The translations under genes and the position numbers were made by a program. From a virus (taxonomy: Duplodnaviria > Caudoviricetes), in IMG/VR virus record IMGVR_UViG_3300021376_000078, positions 1 through 54,586 of that record: DNA of 54,586 nucleotides. The stretch is one strand, 5' to 3'. Of the stretch, positions 17,574 through 27,989 are shown piece after piece (position 1 is the first letter of the stretch; every line of letters starts with the position of its first letter). The notes beneath the pieces are model-generated. The model made no database searches. It had not been told where the DNA came from and was given only the letters and a program-made list of their open reading frames with translations.

Positions 17574-20411
17574 TTACCAATGTAGACGTATTTTTATCAA
17601 TAAATCAACATTTGGTGTTTTCATTAAAGGTTTACTTAATTTTGCAATAGCAAGCAATTCTCTACTGTTATTATACAATCCAATAGTTGTAATAAATGTA
17701 ATAGGATCATTTTTAAAACAATCATAACGAATAAGTCCAGTTGTTTGATTTGTTGGATTTTCTAATACAAATGTAGGATTATTACTGTAATTTGCCATAT
17801 TAGCAGAAACACGAATAAAATAATGATTTGTTGTTTTATTGTTTATATTTCTTGCTTTCATTGGATAATTTAAATCCGATGCACCAACAATAGATTTATA
17901 CAACTTGAATGCATTATCACCGGCTATATTACTACCAGTTACACTATTAAATGAAAGTTCTTCATTTAATTTTTTTGCATCCAAAATAATTAAACCAGAA
18001 TTTGGATAAACAATACCATATGTTTTAAATGTTGCATTTGTTTCTTCCGTTCCAAGTCCTGTTGAATGAGCACCATCTGCAAGACTACCACTTATTAAAT
18101 AATAATAAACATCACCATATTCATTTGTACAACTAATTTCTTCGGTTAAATCATTTGAATTATCAATAAATGTTAAAACTTTATTGGATGAACTTACTTG
18201 TACATTACTACCAGTATGGATATTATTGGCATAAGAATTTCCACTTAATTCACTTAATCCTATTTCAAAATTACCTGGATCAAGTTTATTTACAATTGCA
18301 TCTCTATTGAAATTAATAATATAAATTTCATCCGATAATGATACAGTAGCATTTGTATAAAAACTAAATTGTTTTTCTGGTGGATCCAAAGAAATTAATC
18401 TTGCCTGTGAATATATTGCTCTTGTTGGTGAGTCATTTGATTCATATCCAGACATTTTTGAACCAGAACCGTTGTAATGACCATAAGCAACACCAAAATA
18501 ATTTATTAAATCACATTCTTCACAATCAGTTATTTGATAATAGTATTCTTTTGATGAGGTAGATTGTAATGAACTTGTTGCATAACAAGTTAATGATTGT
18601 TTGTCATTGAACAAACCTCGTATAACTTTTGTTTCTCTACCAGTTAATACATCTTTTGTATCAATTAATCCATTGTATACTCTAATTGGATTGTCTAAAC
18701 AATGTGCAGATTTATTTCTTCTTTTAACTTTTATTCCTGGACCTAATCCACTAAAATTTTCTTTGGATAAAATTCTTAATCCAGGAAGTTTATATCCACC
18801 AGGAGTAGTATAATCTGGATATTTTATGTAACATTTTGAAGCATGAATTTCAAAACAACCACATGGATCACTTGGATCAACATATGGTTCTTCATCATTA
18901 CATTCTTCTTTTCCTATACATCCAGGAAATAGTGGTTTACCTGTACTATCAAATGCAGGACGTACATCAAGAAAATCTATTTCTACTACACTGGCTTGTG
19001 AACTTTCTGGTATAAAATTATCATCAACCCATTTTTCATAACGAACTGGATCTTTTCCAGGACAATTTTTTGTTACAATAATTTTTCTTTCATTAGCAAT
19101 AAACCTTAATCTTCTTCTAATTCTACCCTCATAACAAGGTTGATCTGGAACTATTGTATACATATTTTCAGTTGAATATTCATCAACATAAATAAGATCA
19201 CCATTTGATCCTACTTTTTGACGCCTTTCTACTGTTGGTTGTTCAACTTCAACGCAATCATTGATGTCATCTCCACCACAAATACATTCGCCTTTACCTC
19301 TACATCCAGATGGATATGCATTTTCAATTCTTCTAGCTTGAGCATCATCATCGGTATTTATATTGTAATTAAACTCTGCACTATTTTGTATACCAGATTT
19401 ACTTAATCTTTGAATTTGACCGGCAAGACCACTATAAACAGAAACACTTTCGTATAATCTAAAATTTTTACCACTTGAATCTTTTGTTCGCATCATTATT
19501 TTATCAATGTACGAACCTCTACTATTATCAAATGGATTATCTACACCACTTCCTATTGGAATACAGGGTTGATCTGAAAATGCAAATCTAACATTTACTT
19601 TTGCATTAATACCAGTTCCAACACCAGACATTATTAATTCTATTATTCCCTTTCCAGAAATTGTTTGAGACCATGGAATTAAATTTCCATTTCCGTCTAA
19701 CGTTTTCCATTCTTGATATGCTCCTATATCAGACATATCATACCATGATTGCCAAACTGGTCTTCTACAAGTTGCTAATTGTGTTTTTTCATCAAGAGGT
19801 CCACAATCTTCATAGTAATATGATAATATAGACTCAGCAAGAACTATTCCAGAATAAGCAATTCCAGTTTTTGTTTCCCTTCTTCCACTTCCAGCACGTG
19901 TTAAATCACCACCAAAATCTGCAATACAACAATAATATAAGTCCGCAACTAATCTACATCTTTTTACACCTGGCTCACGTAAAAATGAAAAATCTTCATT
20001 TGTTACATCACCATATTTTATATCAACTTGTTCTTCTCGTATATTACCCAAAGATAATATAATAGATCCACCTAGAGTATTAGCACAATCAGTTAAAAAC
20101 AAATTAGTTGTGGTTGGTAAATCCCCTCTTGTTGTTGGGGTATTATCTTTTAAATTTTTTAAAAGTGTAAGATCTCCAGTTATCAGTTTATTATTTAATT
20201 GTAAATAATCTTTAATGCCGGTTACAAATGCACCTGGATCTGATAATAATGTACTTTTTTGAAGTATACCATTTAATATAGAATATATTGTTTGTGCAGC
20301 AGTTGAATTACCATTTCTTTCATAATAATCTATTGCATCAAAATATCCTCTTAAATCAGCAAGTGTAAGCGATCTATAATCATCATCGGTAACTGGTGTT
20401 TTTAAACTCAT
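17574..20411 (-). CDS. Virion structural protein, paralogue 3, with a Cys-rich N-terminal extension
   Basis: Shared C-terminal module (AYGH, RAIYSQ, DPGNFEI, FITTIGLYN...LAIAKLSKP); many Cys in the first ~580 aa. Confidence 0.7.
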   Translation of the reverse strand: MSLKTPVTDDDYRSLTLADLRGYFDAIDYYERNGNSTAAQTIYSILNGILQKSTLLSDPGAFVTGIKDYLQLNNKLITGDLTLLKNLKDNTPTTRGDLPTTTNLFLTDCANTLGGSIILSLGNIREEQVDIKYGDVTNEDFSFLREPGVKRCRLVADLYYCCIADFGGDLTRAGSGRRETKTGIAYSGIVLAESILSYYYEDCGPLDEKTQLATCRRPVWQSWYDMSDIGAYQEWKTLDGNGNLIPWSQTISGKGIIELIMSGVGTGINAKVNVRFAFSDQPCIPIGSGVDNPFDNSRGSYIDKIMMRTKDSSGKNFRLYESVSVYSGLAGQIQRLSKSGIQNSAEFNYNINTDDDAQARRIENAYPSGCRGKGECICGGDDINDCVEVEQPTVERRQKVGSNGDLIYVDEYSTENMYTIVPDQPCYEGRIRRRLRFIANERKIIVTKNCPGKDPVRYEKWVDDNFIPESSQASVVEIDFLDVRPAFDSTGKPLFPGCIGKEECNDEEPYVDPSDPCGCFEIHASKCYIKYPDYTTPGGYKLPGLRILSKENFSGLGPGIKVKRRNKSAHCLDNPIRVYNGLIDTKDVLTGRETKVIRGLFNDKQSLTCYATSSLQSTSSKEYYYQITDCEECDLINYFGVAYGHYNGSGSKMSGYESNDSPTRAIYSQARLISLDPPEKQFSFYTNATVSLSDEIYIINFNRDAIVNKLDPGNFEIGLSELSGNSYANNIHTGSNVQVSSSNKVLTFIDNSNDLTEEISCTNEYGDVYYYLISGSLADGAHSTGLGTEETNATFKTYGIVYPNSGLIILDAKKLNEELSFNSVTGSNIAGDNAFKLYKSIVGASDLNYPMKARNINNKTTNHYFIRVSANMANYSNNPTFVLENPTNQTTGLIRYDCFKNDPITFITTIGLYNNSRELLAIAKLSKPLMKTPNVDLLIKIRLHW

Positions 20412-20425
20412 TTAAATAACTCTTA

Positions 20426-21511
20426 TTAGTAATCTAACTTAATTTTGAAAATCGATTCATGGTCAAACGTATTTTTAATCGGTTGACTCAATTTAGCAAC
20501 AGCAAGTAAATTTTCTGCATCATCATACATACCAATTGTTGTAATAAATGTTTCTGGATTACCAGCTGTTCCCATTGATGGACCCATTGTAGGATGTTTT
20601 AATTGACCGTAATTGAGAGTATTTCCTGCATAAAAACTTGGATTATTACTATAATTGTATTCATTCCAACGAACTCTTGCGAAATAATATAAAGAAGAAA
20701 TTACTTCGTTTGTTCTTCCTTGAAAGTATAAACCGTTTGATGTAGCTCCCTGCATAGACGTAACTAATCTTTTATGATTAAATGTTCCACTTCCGGTATC
20801 TGGTGCTCTATTTGTATCAAAAGAACAAGAAACATCTAATGCTTTACCATTTAATACAAATATTCCATTGTCTGGATAAAATAATCCCCATGGAGTTTGA
20901 TCCTCTGAATAAATACCATCAATTATACTACCACTTACTATTCTATATTGTCTGCCACCTTGACCATTTAATTCCGTAGTAGTTCCAGAGGAATTGTCAA
21001 TCAATGTGGTCATACTGGCAGTTGGGTTTACTGAACCGGTGTGATCCAATGAAGCCAATGAGAATTGCCAATTTCCCGTGTCAATTCTATCCTTAAATCT
21101 TGCGGTGTTTACATTTATTACATAAACATAATTGGAACTTTCTTCTGTTGGTTCACCATCATTGAATGTAAAAATATCTATACCAACAGGCAATAGTAAT
21201 TGTGCATATTGGGAATAATTTGTTTTTGTTGGTCTAATATAAAGATCTGTTCCCAAAGATCCAGTTGATGATCCACTTGAGTCATAATCACAATAAGCAA
21301 TAGAAAATTGACTTTCTGCACCTTCAACATTGGATTGACTATTGAAACATTCAATATAATATTCTTGTTGTGTTATATTTTGAGTAGAACTTGTATGAAT
21401 AGCTGTTAATGCCGCCTGTCCATTGGACCAAAGAGGAGCAGTAACTACTTCTCTTTGATCCGGATGAATGTCAGTATCTTCATTAAATTGTTTGTAGATA
21501 TAATTTGTCAT
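20426..21511 (-). CDS. Virion structural protein, paralogue 2 (module only)
   Basis: YSQY, KDRIDTGNW, LIDNS, YNYSNNPSF, FITTIGMYD...LLAVAKLSQP. Confidence 0.7.
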   Translation of the reverse strand: MTNYIYKQFNEDTDIHPDQREVVTAPLWSNGQAALTAIHTSSTQNITQQEYYIECFNSQSNVEGAESQFSIAYCDYDSSGSSTGSLGTDLYIRPTKTNYSQYAQLLLPVGIDIFTFNDGEPTEESSNYVYVINVNTARFKDRIDTGNWQFSLASLDHTGSVNPTASMTTLIDNSSGTTTELNGQGGRQYRIVSGSIIDGIYSEDQTPWGLFYPDNGIFVLNGKALDVSCSFDTNRAPDTGSGTFNHKRLVTSMQGATSNGLYFQGRTNEVISSLYYFARVRWNEYNYSNNPSFYAGNTLNYGQLKHPTMGPSMGTAGNPETFITTIGMYDDAENLLAVAKLSQPIKNTFDHESIFKIKLDY

Positions 21512-21528
21512 AACTTAATACTCTTATT

Positions 21529-22647
21529 TTAATATACTAATCTTACTGTGATTATCAATTCCGAATTTGGTGATTTAATTATTGGTTGACTCAATTTGCC
21601 AACAGCAATTAATTCCGCAGGTTGTTGATTATTATACAAACCAATTGATGTTATGTATGTATACGGAGATTCTACAAACATTTGATGTCTAATTTTTCCT
21701 TTGGATGATTGATCTTGTGATCCTGTAACATACGTTGGGTTATTAGAGTAATTAAATTCTGTATTACGAACACGAATAAACACATAATGTGTATTTCTTA
21801 CATCAACTGCTCTAGCAGTAAAACCAACTGTTTTATTTGAAGCGGCACCACTTATTGATGTAAATATTTTATATGAATTATCACCATATAATGAGCTACT
21901 ACCAACTGTATTAAATGAAGCAGAAACATCTAATGCGTCTGCATCCAAAAGAATAACACCTCTATCAGGATAAACTACACCATAATAATGTGGATCATCA
22001 CTATTGTGAATACCATTTAATAGAGTTCCACTAACTATATTTTTTGGAACAGATGTAGTATCACTAAATTCCAAAAAATTAGAAGAATCATTTGAGTCAT
22101 CAATTAAAGATATTACTTTTTTAGACGAACTTACTTGAACATTACTACCAGTAAATACATTGTTGGCATAAGCACCGCCATTTAATTCTGCCAAATTTAT
22201 TTCAAAATTACCTGGATCAAGTTTATCACCAAATTTATCTTGGTTAATGTTTATTACGTAAAAATGTTTTATTTCTTTTTTGAAACCATTTAATCCACTA
22301 ATATAAATCCCTTCTTCATCACCATCAAGACATGATAATTTGTATTGAGAATATATTGCCCGTGAAGGTGTATCGTTTATTTCACCACCTTCATTTTTTG
22401 ATCCAGAGCCAGCAATATGACCATATGCTACAGAAAACATACGTTCATCATCACATTCAAGTGATGCAGAAGACCATACTTCATAATAGTATCTTTTAGA
22501 CGAAGTTCCTTGTAAAGAACTTGTATAAAAATTTAACAATTCTGCAACACCATTTTCACTATTCCACAAACCTCTTGTATAAATTGATTTGAGGTTTGTA
22601 CCGAGAGTATCTGTTATTGCGGTATTTTCAACCTGACTAAATATCAT
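21529..22647 (-). CDS. Virion structural protein, paralogue 1 (module only)
   Basis: AYGH, RAIYSQY, DPGNFEI, FNYSNNPTY, YITSIGLYN...LIAVGKLSQP. Confidence 0.7.
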   Translation of the reverse strand: MIFSQVENTAITDTLGTNLKSIYTRGLWNSENGVAELLNFYTSSLQGTSSKRYYYEVWSSASLECDDERMFSVAYGHIAGSGSKNEGGEINDTPSRAIYSQYKLSCLDGDEEGIYISGLNGFKKEIKHFYVININQDKFGDKLDPGNFEINLAELNGGAYANNVFTGSNVQVSSSKKVISLIDDSNDSSNFLEFSDTTSVPKNIVSGTLLNGIHNSDDPHYYGVVYPDRGVILLDADALDVSASFNTVGSSSLYGDNSYKIFTSISGAASNKTVGFTARAVDVRNTHYVFIRVRNTEFNYSNNPTYVTGSQDQSSKGKIRHQMFVESPYTYITSIGLYNNQQPAELIAVGKLSQPIIKSPNSELIITVRLVY

Positions 22648-22694
22648 AGCTATATCCTAATTAAATTCATAAAACAAATTATCAAAATAATACA

Positions 22695-23336
22695 TTATGT
22701 AGCTGGTATAATGGTAACTGGAACTACTAATCTTGCACCAGTATCATTACCAGAAATAATTAATTTTGTTCTTTTTGTAGAACTAAAAACAACTGGTGTT
22801 CGTGGAATAATTACAGTATTTGTTCCAGAAAATGTTACCGATTTTCCTATACCAGGATCAGCAACATTTGAAAATCTAACATAAGTGTTATCTAATAATG
22901 TAAAAGTATATGATGAATTTAATTGAGTTTCTTTTACACCAGCATTTCCAACTTGCAAAGTTTGTGGATTTATTGCCTGTTGGATTGATGTACCAACTGT
23001 TTGTCCAGAAGCAATTTCAAATGTAATTTCTTCTTTATTTTCCAACAATTTAAGATATGGAATTGAAATTTGTCCTCTATCCATTGTTACCAATTTATAT
23101 TTTAGTGCCTGTGTTTCATCAGTAATTGCTTCCGTAACTGGCATATTTTCTATGACTGTACCAAAGTAATCAATACCGAGTGGGTGAGAAACATTCCACA
23201 AATCATAATCAACTTCATCATCTGCAAGTGCAAATTGTGTAATGTTGAACTGACTTCTACCTTTTGCTAACAATTCACGACCTTTTTTTGTTAATTTTGC
23301 ATCAATCGTAACTGTTTGATTATTCAAATAACCCAT
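22695..23336 (-). CDS. Virion structural protein resembling the N-terminal half of tail-collar/fibre attachment domains
   Basis: LTKKGRELLAKG...ITQFALADDEVDY; AAGGAG Shine-Dalgarno (SD); heads the paralogue run. Confidence 0.6.
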   Translation of the reverse strand: MGYLNNQTVTIDAKLTKKGRELLAKGRSQFNITQFALADDEVDYDLWNVSHPLGIDYFGTVIENMPVTEAITDETQALKYKLVTMDRGQISIPYLKLLENKEEITFEIASGQTVGTSIQQAINPQTLQVGNAGVKETQLNSSYTFTLLDNTYVRFSNVADPGIGKSVTFSGTNTVIIPRTPVVFSSTKRTKLIISGNDTGARLVVPVTIIPAT

Positions 23337-23433
23337 TGTTGTACTCCTTTTTAAAACTAAACATTTTTACTACTATAAATATACTAATTTTACATTTTAT
23401 TTACAAATAATTGTATTTTTAATACAATTATTA

Positions 23434-26400
23434 TTAATCGTCCCTATTCAGTGTCAAATGCGGCAAATTAAATAAATCAGGTGGACAAGGCCTTTCAGCA
23501 CAAATTGCCGTGTTTATTATTGCCGGTTGTGATATAAATGGTTTTGATGCATCAACAAAATTTAATGCCTCAGATTGATTTTTTGATCCTTCAAAATTTC
23601 TACGTCTAGTTCCAGCCGGTAAATTTGCAGGATTTGTATATGGTGCACTTTTAATAATAAATTGTGAAAACATATTTTCACTTGCACTTATTGCTGTAGA
23701 ATAAATTGGAGCAAAAATTTTGTAATAATCATCACGTCTTGATGATGTAATTGGAACAATAAGTGCTTGTCTTATTGGTTTTATACTATTTCTATAATTC
23801 CATTTAGGACCATATCCAAGATTTTGTTGTAATGTTGCATCTGGATAAATACTTATTTTATTATACGAAACTACAAATGAAGCCGATGGTAATGAACCTG
23901 CGTAAATTTTATTTAATGTTGAAACAAATTTTAATTTTTCAAAAATACTTGTATTTAATTGATTGTATTTTGATAACAATTTTATTTTTGTTTCATCAAG
24001 TAAAGATAAGTATTGTCTGTAATCTATTTTTGTTTCTGGTTTTAAATTCAAATCATCAACTTTTTGAATTTTACTACTATTATTTAATATGTAGGCAAAT
24101 GTTTTTATATCGTGTTCACCCAACAAATCATCTTTATTTCCTTCCAAATCAAAATTTAAATCAATATCATTGTTTGATAAACCAACATTAATATCTTGTG
24201 ATTTACGCACTACTGTATCAAATCCAATGTATATTGTTGTTACTTTTTTTTCTAAATTTGCACTTGGATCAGGTAATGTGTCTAAATCTGGAGTTTCTTT
24301 TACAAATTTATCTCTACTTTCACCTTCAATTCCACGCAAAGCAGCAACTTTTGAACGTTCCAATACATTTGGTTCAACAACTAAACCCAGTATTGGATTT
24401 GCCCTTGCGGGTAAAGTTTGCCGTATTTGTTCAAATAAACTAAAATCATATATGGATATTAAATTTATGTAAGCAGTAAAATCGTTTTTATTTGGATATT
24501 TTTGCCAATACTCACTAGCAAACCATTTTAATTTTGGGTATTCATTTTTGTACATATCATCATAATACCCAAAATAATCGTCTATTGTTGTATAACCTAT
24601 TGCCTCATATATGTCTTCATTTATTATATGTTGTGGTGAAAATGCAACCATTAATTTATTTGAATCAACGGGTGATTCATCAAACATTGAAATTTCAGTA
24701 GAAACATATGGGTGTATACCTGCATACAAAGAACCCGAATCAATCCTTGTTTTTTGTGCATAAGGTGTATCACCAGCAGTTGAAGGAACTTCCATAGAAT
24801 ATACTTCATATATTGGTTCCCATGAAGATGAATTAAATCCATGAAAAGTTGCTTTTTTGGAAGAACTATAAAAAGTATTTTTCTTTTGATCAGGATGGCT
24901 ACTATCTAAACTTTTTGTAACACTAGCATCAAATTTCTGCCAAAATTTCCATTGAGCTTGTAAATCATAAAATGAAGAAGTTGGAGTGTTACCATTATAT
25001 GACCTAGCAGAAAGAACATGATTATTAAAAGATCCAGTTGATAATGGTCTTGACCAATATCTTAACTCAAATACAGATCCAGATAAAATATCTGTGGTTT
25101 CTGAATTAGATCCTGATCCTATAAATAAAACTCCGTCTCTTGTCCATCGTTCATTGTAACTTCCACTAATACTACCACTAACTACAATTGAAGCGGATGC
25201 TTCAACAGCAATTTTTCCATATTTATTTGTTTTTAATACTAAATCATACACTTGATTTGAAGATGTTTGATCATTTCTCAAACTTCGTCTAATCATCAAA
25301 TTTAATGGTATGTTGTCATACAAATATTGATCGGTTATGGAAGCAGTTGCATATCCAGTGCCATTTCCTAAATAAAAATAAACACTACCTCTTTCACTTT
25401 CAGTTGAGTCTTTACTTACAACAACAAACCAATCAACATTACTTCCAGAATTTTTTTGCAATAATGTTTGAGTTGGACTTAAACCATATCCATAACTTTT
25501 TTCAGGTTCCATTCTCCAACGAAATGTTAGTGTATCAGGATATGTCCATTCACCAACATCATTATTTACACGTTCCCAAGGAACACTTACATGATGTTGT
25601 CTTGTTGGGAGTGGATAAGTACCGGCAAAATTTAAAAAATATGTTGATTTTTCAAAATCAGCTCTAGGGATTATTCCAAAATCTGCAATATCAGGACCGC
25701 CAAACTCACGTATACTTAACATTGTTTGTGGTATACCATAAGCAGAAAGCAATGCTTTTATTCCTCTAGCAGTTCCTTTTGTTTTGTAAATATATGGAAG
25801 ATTATTAAGTATTCTACGCCATACTTCTTTTGTTCTTTCTTCATCACTTAATGTGTCATATCTATTTGTTAATGTTTTTCCAGTCCAAATTGGTTCACCA
25901 CTTCCACTTAATCCTAATGCATATTCCCAAAGGTCTTTTGCTTGAGTACCATGTGTTAATGTCCAACCTAAATTTTGTGTTACATTATACACTAAATCTT
26001 GTGATAATCCGTCTTTTGGATTTTCTATTCTTGTATTTTTCTTTGTTATGTGATCGGTATACAAATACATTATATCAAAATGTTGTCCAATCATATTAAC
26101 AAAAGAAACATATGCAGAATTTTCATTATCAATTGAAATTTCTTCTGGTATAGTTCTATTCAATGAATTAAAGTTTTTCATGTCAAAATCGGTTGCTTTA
26201 TCTAACAAATCTTCATACCAATCTATGAATACGTTAGATTTTACATCGTATAATTTATACTTTCCGAATTTTGTATTAATATCAAAATTACTACTACTTA
26301 CTTCATATTTTGGATATGGTGTAATTGAAGCAGTTGTTTGAAATGTATAATTGTAACTACCGCTTAAATCATAATACAACCATTTTTCAAATTCATCAAA

Positions 26401-27534
26401 ACCACCTAAAACTTTATTTTTTAAATTTCGTATATTAACTTTATTATTCACAAATGATGCAGAAAAAGAACCTGTTATATTAAAACTAGGATTCCAAGCG
26501 CCATGAGAAAGAGATCCAGTAAATGATCCACTATAACTTTCTATTATTGATAATTGTGTATCATACGTTTGAATTAAATTTACTTTATATGCAAAGTTTT
26601 TAACTCTTTCTTCAGCAGATGAATAAAATATAAAATTTGTAAATTCTGTAAAATCTAAATTTAATTTTACAGTAGAACCAGAATCAAAAATGTATCTGTT
26701 TAGTATTTCTTGTGATGTTGCTACATTTGTAGATAATAAGTCTGTCCAAGATTTATAGTCTGTTTCCGATATTGTCCAATAATTTGTTTCAACATCAAAA
26801 TTTGGTCCCGCTATTTTATTTGTTGGTAATACAACTTCTGGCTGTTCAACTGAAATTATTTCTAAATATGGTTTTATTATTTCACTACCAACCCAACATT
26901 CGTAGAATAATTCTATTGTGTCTGGTAATTCTTCATACAATTTAACATAAAAACTAGTTGTACTTCCGTCTGATGTTAGATTTATGACGCTAACAATTTG
27001 ATTTTCACCAAAGTTTAAAATAATAGGTGGTAAATATTTTTTTGGAGATAGATAATCTAGAACAAATGTTTTTAATTGTTCTAGCATAATTGGATTTTCT
27101 GGTTCAGATAATGATAATTTTAATTCTGTTCTATCCGAAGAAATTTCAGAAATAAACATTTTTGATCCATAAGCGGATCCTATAAAATTTCTAAAGAAAT
27201 TGTATACTACTCTGTATGTTGATGGACTTAAATCTAATACTTCAAGATCTTTATGTATATCAAGTTGTATTTGTAAATTATTTGTTTCTGGTGTATTATC
27301 TATTGTCCATGTATCTATGTCATATATTGATAACAAATGCACTGTATTGATATTAAATACATGCATTTCTATTGATTCAAAACCACCGGTAATTCTATCC
27401 GTAGTATTTGGATTTATTTTATCAAAACGCGGAATAATTCTACGAGTTTGGGCTGTATCAAGTAATCTAATCCCTCTCGTAAAACCTTTTGTTGATAAAA
27501 TTTCGTTTATATTTTTGTAACCAAATTTTGACAT
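23434..27534 (-). CDS. Baseplate wedge subunit (T4 gp7 / P2 gpI-like core) with added domains
   Basis: ILNNLPYIYKTKGTARGIKALLSAYG motif; LamG-like segment; downstream of the gp6-like gene. Confidence 0.65.
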   Translation of the reverse strand: MSKFGYKNINEILSTKGFTRGIRLLDTAQTRRIIPRFDKINPNTTDRITGGFESIEMHVFNINTVHLLSIYDIDTWTIDNTPETNNLQIQLDIHKDLEVLDLSPSTYRVVYNFFRNFIGSAYGSKMFISEISSDRTELKLSLSEPENPIMLEQLKTFVLDYLSPKKYLPPIILNFGENQIVSVINLTSDGSTTSFYVKLYEELPDTIELFYECWVGSEIIKPYLEIISVEQPEVVLPTNKIAGPNFDVETNYWTISETDYKSWTDLLSTNVATSQEILNRYIFDSGSTVKLNLDFTEFTNFIFYSSAEERVKNFAYKVNLIQTYDTQLSIIESYSGSFTGSLSHGAWNPSFNITGSFSASFVNNKVNIRNLKNKVLGGFDEFEKWLYYDLSGSYNYTFQTTASITPYPKYEVSSSNFDINTKFGKYKLYDVKSNVFIDWYEDLLDKATDFDMKNFNSLNRTIPEEISIDNENSAYVSFVNMIGQHFDIMYLYTDHITKKNTRIENPKDGLSQDLVYNVTQNLGWTLTHGTQAKDLWEYALGLSGSGEPIWTGKTLTNRYDTLSDEERTKEVWRRILNNLPYIYKTKGTARGIKALLSAYGIPQTMLSIREFGGPDIADFGIIPRADFEKSTYFLNFAGTYPLPTRQHHVSVPWERVNNDVGEWTYPDTLTFRWRMEPEKSYGYGLSPTQTLLQKNSGSNVDWFVVVSKDSTESERGSVYFYLGNGTGYATASITDQYLYDNIPLNLMIRRSLRNDQTSSNQVYDLVLKTNKYGKIAVEASASIVVSGSISGSYNERWTRDGVLFIGSGSNSETTDILSGSVFELRYWSRPLSTGSFNNHVLSARSYNGNTPTSSFYDLQAQWKFWQKFDASVTKSLDSSHPDQKKNTFYSSSKKATFHGFNSSSWEPIYEVYSMEVPSTAGDTPYAQKTRIDSGSLYAGIHPYVSTEISMFDESPVDSNKLMVAFSPQHIINEDIYEAIGYTTIDDYFGYYDDMYKNEYPKLKWFASEYWQKYPNKNDFTAYINLISIYDFSLFEQIRQTLPARANPILGLVVEPNVLERSKVAALRGIEGESRDKFVKETPDLDTLPDPSANLEKKVTTIYIGFDTVVRKSQDINVGLSNNDIDLNFDLEGNKDDLLGEHDIKTFAYILNNSSKIQKVDDLNLKPETKIDYRQYLSLLDETKIKLLSKYNQLNTSIFEKLKFVSTLNKIYAGSLPSASFVVSYNKISIYPDATLQQNLGYGPKWNYRNSIKPIRQALIVPITSSRRDDYYKIFAPIYSTAISASENMFSQFIIKSAPYTNPANLPAGTRRRNFEGSKNQSEALNFVDASKPFISQPAIINTAICAERPCPPDLFNLPHLTLNRDD

Positions 27535-27548
27535 TTTTTAATAAAACC

Positions 27549-27989
27549 TTATATTGAATTATTTAGTGTATCTTTTAATACACTTGACTCCCATCTCAAT
27601 GCATTTATTCTTCGTTCTAATTTCTTATTAGCAATACCTGCTGATTTGTAAAGACTTTGATATGTTTGTACATCAGCTTCTAATCTTTCTATTTTTGCAC
27701 GTAATGCTTGTTGTGAATTGGAATTTACATTTACCAAATTTTTAAGATTAGAAATATATCGAGAACCAACTTCTGTGCTAGTAAATGCATCGGTTGCAGC
27801 CAATGTTAATATATGTATTTCAGAAGTAATAGCATCTTCAATTTTTGTAAAAGATCTATTTGAAACATAATCATAGCTATCTATCAAAAATCTATCATCA
27901 GAAACATCAACTTCAATTTTTCCAGAATTTGTTTGTGTTCGTATGTGTCTAATTGCTCCAACTGAATTTCTTACAATTTCGTGGCTCAT
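27549..27989 (-). CDS. Hypothetical protein with a C-terminal coiled coil
   Basis: 146-aa ORF translationally coupled within the baseplate operon. Confidence 0.7.
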   Translation of the reverse strand: MSHEIVRNSVGAIRHIRTQTNSGKIEVDVSDDRFLIDSYDYVSNRSFTKIEDAITSEIHILTLAATDAFTSTEVGSRYISNLKNLVNVNSNSQQALRAKIERLEADVQTYQSLYKSAGIANKKLERRINALRWESSVLKDTLNNSI

